Origin: the human T2T-CHM13v2.0 reference genome, Homo sapiens
NCBI RefSeq assembly: GCF_009914755.1
Contig: NC_060925.1
Strand: one strand, 5' to 3'
DNA length: 64,000 bases
Below the pieces are notes generated by a model, which had not been told where the DNA came from, made no database searches, and worked only from the letters and a program-made list of their open reading frames with translations. The translations under genes and the position numbers were made by a program. Positions 16,991-41,748 of this stretch are shown here, piece by piece. Each line of letters begins with the position of its first letter. Within the stretch, counting starts at the first letter, position 1.

Positions 16991-17059
16991 CTCTGGGAGG
17001 ATCCAGAGGACCCCCTGGTTGCAGCCACGTAGAGACTGACGCTGAGGAGGACTCCAACT

Positions 17060-17990
17060 ATCATGAGCAACACCCGTCGAACACAGCCACCCCGCTAAGA
17101 ACAGATCAAGAAGCTGTCACAGATGGCGGAAGAAAACCTGAGGAAAGCGGGACAACCAGTCACAATGAATAATTTAATGGTAGCTATGATAGCAGTTATC
17201 ACCACTGCCGTGAGTATTCCTTCAATAAGGGCTGGTAATAATGCCTGGATGCAATCATTCTATGACACAGTTACACATGCTTTCTGATCTCAGTATTTAC
17301 CATAATAAATCGGCTCCTATAATTGAGGCATACCACCCTCAAAAACCTATTTGTAAACAGGATTGGACCCAGTTAGAAAAAATGAACGTACTTATTTAGG
17401 AAGATTGCTTTGCAGAATAGGCAGAGATGCTGCACAACGATTCCTATGGAATCATTACTAATTGGTCCCCCAAGGGGATGTTTAGCTTGAATTGCACCTC
17501 TCAGTCTGCATGCCACGGTCACACTATGTTCAGATGATCTGAACAAAACAGTCAGATGGTAGAAATGTTAAGTACGGCAAAAGTTCCTATTATCTGGAAC
17601 CATGGCGGTATAGTGGCACCTCAACCTCAAATAATATGGCCCGCTCTAGGAGCTAAACATAAGGATTTGTAAAAACTATTAAATGCTCTTAATAAGATCA
17701 AAATTTGGGAAAGAATAAAAGAGTATCTAGAAGGACACTCTACAAACTTGTTTTTGGATATAGCAAAATTAAAAGAACAAATATGTAAAGCATCCCGGGC
17801 AACCTGACCTTAATGCCAGGAACCAGAGTGCTTAAAGGAGCTGCAGAAAAATTAGCAGCTAGTAACCCATTTAAATGGGTAAAAACACTTGGAAGCTCTG
17901 TGATTTCAATGATGACTATGCTTTTTAATCTGTTGTTTGCCTTTGTATAGTCTGCAGATGCGGATCCCGACTCCTGCGAGAGTCTCTTTG
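17060..17990 (+). pseudogene. HML-3 env remnant with large deletions
   Basis: Signal-peptide-like [40 protein letters not shown]; TM-like LEGHSTNLFLDIAKLKEQI. Confidence 0.8.
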
Positions 17991-18010
17991 CAAATCGAAG
18001 AAGGGAGACA

Positions 18011-19476
18011 TGTTGGGAGCAAGCCCCCCAGAGTCTGGCCATAAACTGGCCCCAAAACTGGCCATAAGCAAAACCTCTGCAGCACTAAAACATGTCCATA
18101 ATGGCCCTAAAGCCCAATCTGGAAGGTTGTGGGTTTATGGGAATGAGAGCAAGGAACACCTGGCCTGCCCAGGGCGGAAAACCGCTTAAAGGCATTCTTA
18201 AGCCACAAACAAAAGCATGAGCGATCTGTGTCTTACGGGTGTGTTCCTGCTGCAATTAATTCAGCCCATCCCTTTGTTTCCCATAAGGGATACTTTTAGT
18301 TAATTTAATATCTATAGAAACAATGCTAATGACTGGTTTGCTGTTAAATGAAGGGGTGGGTTGCCCCTCCACACCTGTGGGTGTTTCTCGTTAGGTGGAA
18401 CGAGAGACTTGGAAAAGAGACACAGAGACAAAGTATAGAGAAAGAAAAGTGGGCCCAGGGGACCAGCATTCAGCATACAGAGGATCCACACTGGCACCGG
18501 CCTCTGAGTTCCCTTAGTATTTATTGATCATTATCGAGCATGGCAGGATAATAGGATAATAGTGGAGAGAAGGTCAGAAGGTAAACACATGAACAAAGGT
18601 CTCTGCATCATAAACAAGGTAAAGAATTAAGTGCTGTGCTTTAGATATGTATACACATAAACATCTCAATGCCTTAAAGAGCAGTATTGCTGCCCGCATG
18701 TCATACCTACAGCCCTAAGGCGGTTTTCCCCTATCTCAGTAGATGGAAGTATATTCCATGTAAAGTAAATCGGCTTTACACCCAGACATTCCATTGCCCA
18801 GAGACGAGCAGGAGACAGAAGCCTTCCTCTTATCTCAACTGCAAAGAGGTGTTCCTTCCTCTTTTACTAATCCTCCTCAGCACAGACCCTTTATGGGTGT
18901 CGGGCTGGGGGATGGTCAGGTCTTTCCCTTCCCACGAGGCCATATTTCAGACTATCACATGGGGAGAAACCTTGGACAATACCTGGCTTTCCTAGGCAGA
19001 GGTCCCTGCGGCCTTTGCAGTATTTTGCGTCTCTGGGTACTTGAGATTAGGGAGTGGTTTGAGATTAGGGAGTGGTGATGACTCTTAAGGAGCATGCTGC
19101 CTTCAAGCATTTGTTTAACAAAGCACATCTTGCACAGCCCTTAATCCATTTAACCCTGAGTTGACACAGCACATGTTTCAGGGAGCACAGGGTTGGGGGT
19201 AAGGTTACAGATTAACGGCATCTCAAGGCAGAAGAATTTTTCTTAATACAGAACAAAATGGAGTCTCCTATGTCTACTTCTTTCTACACAGACACAGTAA
19301 CAATCTGATCTCTCTTTTCCCCACAGTTAATAAATATGTGGGTAAATCTCTGTTGGGGGCTCTCAGCTCTGAAGGCTGTGAGACCCCTGATTTTCTACTT
19401 CACACCTCTATATTTTTGTGTGTGTGTCTTTAATTCCTCTAGCGCTGCTGAGTTAGTGACCGAGCTGGTCTCGGCA
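18011..19476 (+). mobile_element. 3' LTR (MER9 type), split into 18011-18348 and 19326-19476 by an LTR5 insertion
   Basis: TGTTGGGAGC start after the purine tract GAAGAAGGGAGACA; ends TCTCGGCA; 8-nt U5 deletion relative to the 5' LTR. Confidence 0.92.
18349..19325 (-). mobile_element. HERV-K(HML-2) LTR5 solo LTR (probably LTR5B), 977 bp
   Basis: Minus strand starts TGTGGGGAAAAGAGAGATCAGATTGTTACTGTGTC and ends GGGGCAACCCACCCCTTCA; 6-bp TSD GTTAAA/GTTAAT. Confidence 0.92.
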
Positions 19477-19720
19477 GAGGTGGGCGGGTCTTTTGAGTTC
19501 AGGAGTTCAAGAGCAGCCTGGCCAACATGGTGAAACCCCTTCTCTACTAAAAATATGAAAATTATCCGGGCATGGTGGTGTGCCTCTGTACTTTCAGCTA
19601 CTCAGGAAGCTGAGGCACAAGAATTGCTGGAACATGGGAGGTGGAGGCTGCAGTGAGCTGAGATCATGCCACTGCACTCCAGCCCAGGCAATAGAGTAAG
19701 ACTCTGTCTCAAAACAAAAA
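19477..19720 (+). mobile_element. Alu lacking its 5' ~50 nt, abutting the proviral 3' end (probable integration target)
   Basis: Begins GAGGTGGGCGGG, inside the left monomer, immediately after the LTR terminal CA. Confidence 0.85.
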
Positions 19721-19728
19721 GAGTTTTA

Positions 19729-22310
<2,582 letters not shown>

Positions 22311-23899
22311 AGGGAGCAGAGACAAGATGGACAGGCAGGCAGGGCAGACTGTGAAGGGGCCTCAATGCCAGACTAAGGAGCTTGACGTGACCCTGGCAGC
22401 AGTGGAGGACGCTGAAGGTGTTAAGAGGGGAAATGAGTTGTCAGGGAAGCTGCCTCTCTGCCTAATGCGGGTGGCTAGGAGAGGGGAACACCTGCCCTGT
22501 GGGACATTATTTACAGGACTGGCCAGAATCTGGGCTTTCAATGACGAAGATCTGAGCTAGGATGGAGGGTGTGAGGTTGGAGGCCAAGGATTTGGAGGTA
22601 AAATTGGAAGGACTTGGGAGTTTACATGCAGGAGGCCAGAGAGGAAGAGGGAGGAGTCAAAAACGATCATTGGAAGAGGCTTTTCACTGGAGATAAAGAG
22701 TGAGGGAGGGGACGCTGGGGAAAGAAGTAAGTTTGAGGGAAGAATTTGTTTTTTTTTTTTTAATCAGGGTCTTGCTCTGTTGCCCAGGCTGTAGTGCAGT
22801 GGCACCATCTTGGCTCACTGTAGCTCGACCTCTCAGATGCTGGTGATTCCCCCCACCTCAGCCTGCTAAGTAGCTGGGACTACAGGCGCATGCCACCATA
22901 CCTGGTTGATATTTTTTAATTTTTATTTTTAGTAGAGATGAAGTCTCACTATGTTGCCCAGGCTGGTCTTGAAATCCTGGGCTCAGGTGATCCTCCTGCC
23001 TCGGTCTCCCAAATTGCTGGGATTACAGCATGAGCCACTGCACCCAGCCAAAGGAAGGATTTTTGCTGGGGAAGGGGCAAGTGGAGGAGGAATCCTCGAT
23101 GACACAAGGCCTCTGAAGCAGCAGGAGACTGGGGGTGCAGGGGACCCCCTGTCCAGATTTGGACAGGAGAGGAGAGAAGCAGAAAAAGTGAGATCCTAGG
23201 TGGACTGGAGGGAATTCAGGAGAGCCCATCAGCTGCTCACTAATGTGAAGTCACAGTCAAGTGTGGGGACTGAGTCGGATGAGGCTGACTTCTAGGCAGC
23301 TTGTCTGACAACAGGTTATGCAGTGTATCTAAGGACATCCTGACCTGGGGGAACAGGAAGACGGGAAGATTCCATTATCATTTTGTAAATGGTGCCCAGT
23401 GAAGTTTCTATTAGTATCTAGTCTCCAATCATCTTAATTAGCTGAGCTATTGCTCATCATCAAAAGGATTTTCTTTAGAAAGATAGCCGTAGAGTCTTGC
23501 TTTTCTTATCAAAAGATCTAGATGACACTGCTGTGCCCCGGCCTGCCCCACCCTCATTCCTGCCCTGCTCCACGCACTTATCTGTGCCTGGAACAGGAGT
23601 TAGGGTGGAGTAGGAAAAAGATCAAGGATTTGAGTGCACAAGGACAGGCAGGCATCCTAGCTCCTGACCTTGGGCCAATATTTTCTCGCTATGGGTCTCA
23701 GTTGCCTCATCACAGACCACCTGATTTCAAAGCCCTTGTCACCCTGAAATACACAGAGGTCCAAGGTCATATGGTGAGGGGTTTTTATGGGAAGACTTGA
23801 ATTCTGGATGAGAAACTCAGTGTTTATTAGCAGTGAAGTCCTTTCCGGGAGGCTGAAGAGGGTCTCAGGGCAGGTAGTTCTTTGAAAAGACCCCATCTC

Positions 23900-24195
23900 T
23901 TCTCCCCACTATATAGGTGGGAGCAGGGGTCTCATTGGCTGAGGGACTTCTGGGTCATGGTGACCTCATAAAGCCCGTAACACTGGCCTGGGCTGGGGAA
24001 GCCTAGGTAAGCTGAGGGGCAGCTCTGGGAAAGTCCTAGGGGTGGGGGCAGTCTCCACAGCCTCCACAAGGGAGTTACCACCTTCCCGCACTTCTGGGTA
24101 CAAGTCTCCTGCTCTGGCTGTATTCCACAGTTAGAACTTCATATCTTTGGCTTAGAGCTGAATTTTCTGTTACCATGTGGATGCTCCAGGTGAAG
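23900..24195 (+). promoter_or_regulatory. MROH7: Candidate MROH7 promoter / non-coding exon 1
   Basis: Unique sequence with TATATA at 23910 and donors CTAG|gtaagc (24006) and GAAG|gtaaca (24195); placement partly from recall of gene structure. Confidence 0.45.
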
Positions 24196-24894
24196 GTAAC
24201 ACATTGAACTTTACATGAGCAGCCCAAGGCTCACAGAAAGTTTAGGCTCTCAGGTCCTGACAGTGTAGTGGCTGGGAGTTGGGGGGAGGTGAGGGGAAGG
24301 GAGTGAAAAGATGCAGGGAGGGAATGCCATAAATCTGGGGAAAGAAGAGTCTTGGAGCCTGGAAACCATACTTTGTCTTTTTTCCAAGTCTCCCCAGCCT
24401 GCCCTCACCCAGGGGAGGAAGGGATGGTGGGGATGAACATTTATTGAGGACTTGCTGTGGGCCAGGCCCTGCGATCATCACTTTATGTGGGCTATCTCAT
24501 CTGGAATATTAAGATAGAGGCTTAGAGTCATGAGGGCATCTGTCCAGGTCCACACAGCTGGTGAGAGAGAAGGTTTTGAATTCAGGTCTGCCTGACTCCA
24601 AAGCCTTGGATGTTGGCATTATAGCTGGGTATCAGGAAAGTTGCCTTGTTTTCACTGAACTTTTCCTTTAGGATAAGGACCTAAAAGTGGCAGAGGGAAT
24701 GGGGAATAAGAAACAGGAAGACATGGTTCCACTGAGTAATTCATGTCTTGGGAATCTCTATGGTATTATAGGGAAAACTGTGGGTTGAAGAAACATGGAT
24801 TTGAATCCAGCCTCTACCACTTGCTTGGGAATTAGTAGAAATCAATTTATTTTATTTTTTGAGACAGAGTCTCTCTCTGTCACCCAGACTGTAG

Positions 24895-25005
<111 letters not shown>

Positions 25006-25989
25006 TAATTTTTGTATTTTTTGTAGTGACGCGGTTTTGCCATGTTGTTCAGGCTGGCCTTGAACTCCTGAGCTCAAGGAATCCTCTTGCCTCAGCTTCC
25101 CAAAATGCTGGGATTATAGGCGTGAGCCATTGTGCCTGGCCAGAAATAACTAGATTCCTGCACAGTCTGAACTAACATGCCAATGAATGAGATGATGACA
25201 TCTTTCTTGAAGAGTTGTCATTCATTCATTCATTCATCCTTCCCTCACTCCGTGAATGTTTTCTGAACCTTCCCTGTGTGCCATGTGCTATGTGCTGGGA
25301 AAATAGGGGTAACAAGATAGCCAGACACTCACCAAACTCATTTTCAGAGTAGATGCATATAAGTAAACAGACTGATCCTCTGATACAGAGTGATCACATG
25401 AGGAGGGTGCCTCACCCACATTTGGGGATTCCAGGAAGACTTCCTGGGGGAAGGGACATCTAATCTAAGCTGGTGTCTGAAATGTGACTAGACTAGATGT
25501 TAGCCAGAGGGAGCAATTGAAGTTTAGGTGAGTAGTCTTGGGGAAGTTTATAGGAAGAGGAAAGAGTATTTGCAAAGGTCCCAAGGCAAGAGGGAGGCCA
25601 AAACATTGAGGATCCTGGAAGAAGTTGAGAGTGGTTCAAACGTGGTGCAAGGCCAGGGAAGGGAATGAATCTAGCTGGAGAGATGGAGGGGCTAGGCCTG
25701 TGGGCTGAGGACTCTGACAGAAGAAACACAGATATCAGACTTCAGATTAGGGTGTCTTCACTCCTGGCCTGTCCACCAGTCATGCAAAAGTCGCTTAGGA
25801 GAGGGGAGGTAAGGGAAAGCTTCATGAAAGAGTGATTCCTGGATCCCTTCAGAACTACAAAGCAGAGTCTCTGAGAGTGAGGCTTGGGAATCTATCTTTT
25901 AAAAAATATAAGCTACACCCACACCCCAACATTTGAACACCTACAAGAAGTCACATAAGGGTTACAAGAGGTGAATGTCATGGTTAGAC

Positions 25990-31255
<5,266 letters not shown>

Positions 31256-32699
31256 TGAGGTGCTCCAATCTCAGCTGTTCTGTGTGTGCAAATGTGTGTG
31301 AGTGTATAGGTACTTGCACAAGTGTCTAACACATTCCAGGCCCTTACATCTGATAACAGTGTGTTCTCAATGATGAACTGGACAATCTATTGATAGTTCC
31401 ACCCCTTGAAGGCTCTAGCAACCCTTGTCCAGGGCCTGGAAGGGTTAATTGAGGTGGAGAAGGGAGGATGGCAATTGGTTAATGATTCTCTCTGTCTTAG
31501 ACAGCACTAGTTGTTTTATGGGTGTGCTCTGACCTTTCCATCTGGGGCTCCAGGATTGCAGGGCAAAGGCCAACAGGCAGTTTGTGGCTGTCAGCAGGGA
31601 GTAGTGAGCTCCTTTAGCTCCTGTAGATCCCACCCAAGCCCCTCAAGAGCCACGGCTCCTCCTAATGCACAGTGTCTGTTTGGTAGAGGGCAAGCCATGG
31701 GCTACCCCAGTCACTGCCAGGCAGCTCTGAAGACTTGCCTGTCTGTTGCAGGATGGAGGAGGAGGACTGGGGGTAGGTCAGCTGGGGTTGAGATCTGTGG
31801 CCTTCTGCCCAGTGACCTGGTATGGTGCATCTGCTGGGGTAGAGATGAAGTCTTTCTTCCTCAGCCCAAACAAGTTAGGTCTTTGAAGATCTTAATCACT
31901 GCCTCGTAGGCTGCAACAAGCCATATTTTCCAGGTTAAAAATGCCTCCCTTTGGTGACTATGGTCCTGTGTGTGTGCATGTGGCACGTTTACACACGGGT
32001 GGCAGAGATCATTAAGGGAAGATTCACGCTCCTCCTTAAGTAAGAAGAGACAAAATTATGGACATGAAATTAAGTACAGGGCTTTGGAAAGGGACTGTGA
32101 AATCAAGGAGCAATCAAATTTTACATTCAGGGTAAAATTGCCTCTGGTGCTGATGGTAAGTGAACATTTCTTGCTTCCAAGGCAGATGCAAAGCTGTGCA
32201 GGAACTGCTTGCTTGGAACTTGCTTCCAAGGCAGATGCAGAGCTATGCAGGAACTTGCTTGGAATGAAGGCAGCTTCCACTGGGTGCTGAGTGCCTTATT
32301 CCTTTCTGCCCACAGTGCCTGGCAGAGAGGAATAAAACAAGTAGCTACCATTTAGTTAAGGGCTTCGGTGGGCCATGTACTCCATGCCAGGCACTGTAAC
32401 TACAATCACCCCTGTGGAAGGCTTTATGTGTTCCCTATCTTAGAGATGGGGAGGACAAGGGCCAGAGGGGAAAAGTCTCTTGCCCATGTTCACCCATACT
32501 AGCAAGAGGTTGAGCTGGGCTTTAAACTCAGGACTACATGAAGAAATATATGGTCTTTCCAAAGCCATGCTATAAAGATACACAGCAAAATTTGTGGAGT
32601 GAGTAAATGATTCACTGAATGAGTTAGCACATGAATGAATGATAAATGAAGAAGTGATGAAATGAGTTAGTGAAAGAATACCTCATCAAATGAAGAAGA

Positions 32700-32910
32700 G
32701 TCTCCCCTTGCCACCCATTGCCCTTCTCTTATTTCCTCCTCCTTTCCCTCTGGCCTTCCTCTTCCCTCTCCTCTTTACTGCCTCTTTTCTTCTCCCTTAT
32801 CCCTCCCTTTTCTTCTCTTACCTCTCCTTTCTTCCTTCTTCTCTTCCCTCTTGCCTTTCTCCTCTCCTCCCTTCCTTCCTTGTTCCTCTCTTATCTCCCT
32901 ACTTTCCTTA
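32700..32910. repeat. Polypyrimidine low-complexity tract
   Basis: About 200 nt almost entirely C/T. Confidence 0.85.
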
Positions 32911-33119
32911 CCAATGTTTAGTATTTCTCCCTATGCATGTTGATCGCCATCCCGATTTTTTTTTTTTTTTGAGACAGGGTATCACTTTGTCACTCAGGCT
33001 GGAATGCAGTGGCGTGATCACAGCTCATTGTAGCCTCAACCTCCTGGGCTCAAGTGATCCTCCCACCTCAGCCTCCTGAGTAGTTGAGACGGCAGGCACA
33101 TGCCACCACACCCAGCTAA

Positions 33120-33404
<285 letters not shown>

Positions 33405-34016
33405 TAATGAAATAACACAAACGGGCTTTGGACATTTACTGTGTGCCAGGTGCTATACTAGACATTAGAAATTGGCAGAGAACAAGGCAGATGCAGTTTC
33501 TGCATCAGTGGAGCTCATTGGCTAGTGGGGAAGCCAGATACCGTGAGCCAAGAGACGGGAAGGAACAAGGTGGCCTGAGAACTTTCAGGTGGCCCCCACC
33601 TGTCTAGGGGACCTGGAAGGCTCTTAGCATTTGAGCTGAAACCTGAAAGGGTGAAGCAGCAGTCATTAGCTGGGGAAGGGGAGTGGAGATGGATGCCCAG
33701 CCTGTGGAAGACCCAGACCTAACTGGGAGAGCCTGCCTCTTTGGAGGAAGTCAAAAGAACTCTGCAAGGGTGGAACGGAAAAGGAAAGGGACATATGGAG
33801 GGGCAAAAAGGGTGAAAAGGGGACTGGGGCCAGATACAGAGGGCCTTTTGGGTCTGCTAACAACTGGAGGACTCTATCCTAAAGATAACAGGAAGCCATG
33901 GAGGGGTTTAGGCAAGGGGATGGCTTAGAGATGGTGTTGGCTGCCCAGAAGGCCAGTGGGGTGAGTGACCTTCCTCTCTTTGACCTTCACTTCCTTATGT
34001 ATAAATATTAAACTTA

Positions 34017-34074
<58 letters not shown>
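34017..34074. repeat. Compound (CT)n(GT)n microsatellite
   Basis: ctctct...gtgtgt, about 110 nt upstream of the 35-nt exon. Confidence 0.95.
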
Positions 34075-34076
<2 letters not shown>

Positions 34077-34181
34077 TGCGGAGCTTGTTAACAGACGTGC
34101 ATGCCTGGCCTGTGGACTGTGCAGTAAGTGTTGAAAAAGGCACTCTTCCCTGACTTGATTTCTTTCTGCATCTCCTCCCAG

Positions 34182-34216
34182 GGGCCCGCTCCTGCTTAAA
34201 AACACCATGCATGCAG
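34182..34216 (+). other. MROH7: MROH7 35-nt 5'UTR exon
   Basis: Long pyrimidine tract ...tctcctcccag|GGGCCC ... ATGCAG|gtgagc. Confidence 0.65.
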
Positions 34217-35141
34217 GTGAGCTGTCCCTATGATTCCCACAGGGAGGGTAGCCCCAGATTGAGGGTAGGGGTGCTGGGAGGACTGGGGAGTTCATCCAGC
34301 AGTTAGATTGCTGTGTTAAGGCAGGTGTTTGACAGCTGCCCTATGGTCTCCTCCACAGAGCCCACTTCACCCGGAACAAGCAAACTGTTAAGGCTATAGG
34401 CAGCTTTGCCAGGGTTGCTGTGAGAATCTAGTGCCATGAGTACTGGCAGAGTAGTTCTAGCAACTTAGGAGTTTGTCTCTGGTTTGGAGCACCCCAATCT
34501 TGCAAGGCTCAGGGCTCCTTGTTGGTGCACTTAGGTTACCCTGTCACATGTGGCCAGCTGGAAGTGGGGTAACTCATAAGGAGGCTCTTCCTTCCCTTTT
34601 TCTGCCTTAAAGTAGAAGAGACTCCTCATTTGTCTATTTGTAAGCTTCCAACTGTGTAACTGGCACTGGGCTAGGAGCTGGGGTTGCCCCAGGGGCCAAG
34701 GTATACACAGTTCTTGTCATTGCAAAGCTCATCTCTAGCAAGAGCTAGAACACTAAATGAATTCACTGGAATGAAATGTGCTGAGTATTTTGCTAGAAGT
34801 GGGATTAAGCAAAGGATAATGAGAATTACCCCCATGCAATCCTACAAGCCAAGGGGATTGAGTTTGTTCAGGATCATGAGCCAGGAGGGAGCAGGTTGTG
34901 GTCAAAGAACAGAACTGAGAGACTGTGGAGGCAAGTGGCAAGTGATGGGCTGGAAAGGTGGGCTGGGCACAGTCACCAGGGCCTTGTAAGTCACAGCAAG
35001 GGGCTTTCATCTTAAGAATAGTGGGAGCCCTGGAAAAGCCTTAACAGGTGTGGCATGGCTGCATTTGTCTTTTCTCTCTCTCAAGACTGCTGCTGGGAAT
35101 GTGACAGTTGGCTGTTGGAGAGAAGGGGGCACTGGCATTGA

Positions 35142-36506
<1,365 letters not shown>

Positions 36507-36616
36507 TGATTTATTAATTCTATACTAGACATCTAATAATCGGCCTCTGCTAGCAATGTGACCTGGGACAAGCTAATTAATCTGCCTGAGCTTCAACTTC
36601 ATTGACTGTAATATCA

Positions 36617-36966
<350 letters not shown>

Positions 36967-37774
36967 TCAACAAACTATCCCTTCCATTCAAAATGTACAT
37001 CTTTTTCTTCCTTGATACATTTTAGACCTGGCTTCTCAGGTCTGAGCAAGGCCTTGGGGTCCTGTCTGGAACCTGTGCCTCCCTCCTGATTTGTAGGATT
37101 TCTGTAAATTAATCCCCTGTCAGTTTCTGATGCTGTAAATATCTTTTCTTAATCCATTTTTATTTGTCCATGCGCCAATACTATATTAAGATTTTTTAAA
37201 AAGGACCATGGTTTTGTAAATAGGTGTTCATATCTGATGAGAATCCTATTTTTTTTTTTTTTTTGAGTGGGAGTCTCATTCTGCAGCCCAGGCTGGAGAA
37301 CAATGGCTTGATCTTGGCTCACTGTAACCTCTGCCTCCTGGGTTCAAGTGATTCTCCTGCCTCAGCCTCTTGAGTAGCAGGGATTACAGGCGCCCACCAC
37401 CACGCCCAGCTAATTTTTGTATTGTTAGTAGAGACAAGGTTTTGCCATGTTGGTCAGGCTGGTCTTGAACTCCCGACCTCAGGTGATCCGCCTGCCTCAG
37501 CCTCCCAAAGTGCTGGGATTACAGGCTTGAGCCACCACACCCGACCGAGAATCCTTTAAAATTGTTCTGAAAATCAACTTAGCTATTAGTAGATAACATT
37601 TTATTTTATTTTATTTTTTGAGACAAAAGTCTCACTCTGTTGCCCAGGCTGGAGTTCAGTGGTGTGATCATAGCTCCTTGCAACTTTGAATTCCTTGACT
37701 CAAGAGACCCTCCTGCCTCAGCCTCCCGAGTAGCTAGGACTACAGGTGCACACCACACCACCACACCTGAGTAA

Positions 37775-37948
<174 letters not shown>

Positions 37949-38123
37949 TAGGGATTTTTTTAGGGCCTCAAAAAAATCTTGCTGCATTTTTTAAAGAATG
38001 TTATCAATTTATTCACCTATTCACACTTTCCTTTACATAGGATATATGCTTTACTAGGATTTAAAAAATTCTTCATAGAAGTCTAGTGCACCCTGGGTTG
38101 GGCTAATCGTAGATACTTTATAG

Positions 38124-38444
<321 letters not shown>

Positions 38445-38548
38445 TGAAAAGTTTTTTTTTCGGCTGAGTGTTGTGGCTCACGCCTGTAATCCCAGCACTT
38501 TGGGAGGCTGTGGTGGGCAGATCACCTGAGGTCAGGAGTTCCAGATCA

Positions 38549-39248
<700 letters not shown>

Positions 39249-39256
39249 CTATATAA

Positions 39257-39451
<195 letters not shown>

Positions 39452-39629
39452 TAAATATTTTTAGTACAGACAGGATTTCACCATGTTACCCAGGCTGGTC
39501 TTGAACTTCTGGGCTCAAGCGATCCACTGCCTCAGCCTCCCAAAGTGCTGAGATTACAAGCATGAGCCACCATGTCCAGCCAAACCTTACCATCTTAAAC
39601 ATTTTTAAATTATTATTATTATTTTTTAG

Positions 39630-39770
<141 letters not shown>

Positions 39771-40949
39771 TAGCTAATTTTAATATCTTGTAGAGAAGAG
39801 ACCTCGCTATGTTGCCCAGGCTGGTCTTGAACTCCTGGCTCAAATGATCCTCCTGCCTTGGGTTCCCCAAGTGCTGGGATTTCAGGCATAATCCACTACA
39901 CCTGGCCCTATCTTAACCTTTTTTTTTTTTTGAGATGGAGTCTTGATTGCAGTGGTGTGATCCTAGCTCACTGCAACCTCTGCCTCCCAGGTTCAAACAA
40001 TTCTCCTGCCTTAGCCTCAGTAGCTGGAACTACAGGTGTGTGCCACTATGCCCGGCTTATTTTGGTAGTTTTAGTAGAGATGGGGTTTTACCTTGTTGGC
40101 CAGGCTACTCTCAAACTCCTGACCTCAGGTGATCCACCTGCCTAGGTCTCCCAAAGTGCTGAGATTACAGGTGTGAGCCACCATGACTGGCCAGCCATTT
40201 TTAAGTGAACAGTTTAATACAGTGGTATTAAATATATTCATAATGTTGTGCAACTATTGGCACCATTTCCTCTCCATAACTCTTCATCTTATGAACCTCA
40301 AACTCCATATGCATTAAACAATAGCTTCCCATTTTCCAGTCCCCCAGCCCCTAGCCACCACCATTCTACTGTTTCTATGATTTTCACTACTCTAGGTACC
40401 TCATATAACGACTTCATTCTTTTGCATGTGGATATCCAGTTTTTCTTGCTCTATTTGTTGAAAAAACTGTCCTTTCCCCAGTGAATGTTCTTAGTATTCT
40501 TGTCAAAAATAGACCAACCATAAATGTGTTTATTTCTGGGTACTCTATTTTGTTTCATTGGTCTATATGTCTGTCCTTATGCCAGTACCGTGCTGTTTTG
40601 ATTATTATAGCTTTGTGGTATGTTTTGAAATCAGGAAGTATGAGTCCTCCAGCTTTGTTCTTCTTTCAAGATTGTTTTGGCTATCAGGGCCACTCTTTGC
40701 TTTTTTAATAGGAGCATTTTGTCCATTTGCTTGTTTAAAACAATGTATTTTCAAATTATAGTAGCCTTTTAAAAACTTTTTTGGGGTATAAGATGGATCA
40801 GTAAAATATGTAAAGTGTGCTAGTCATCTCAAGTATACAGCTTAATGAAAATTTATAGAAGTATACACTGTGGTAGCTACCACTCAGATCAAGTACCAGA
40901 AGCCCAGAAGCTTCCCTTGTGTCCCTTTCCAATCAATAATCCTTCTCCT

Positions 40950-41748
<799 letters not shown>

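Larger units (their letters stand above)
12522..19476 (+). mobile_element. HERV-K(HML-3)/HERVK9-like provirus with MER9-type LTRs; internally deleted and defective
   Basis: Direct-repeat LTRs (about 7% divergent by hand count), PBS-like TGG, gag zinc knuckles, dUTPase-protease, RT/RNase H, env remnants, polypurine tract before the 3' LTR. Confidence 0.93.

Noticed and set aside
13153-17990. Replication-competent or protein-producing provirus
   Set aside because: Stops in gag, dead protease site, RT YMDD region and most of integrase deleted, env fragmented
19441-19476. 3' LTR copy of the U5 acceptor as another coding exon
   Set aside because: Third codon is TGA and the viral donor is absent downstream
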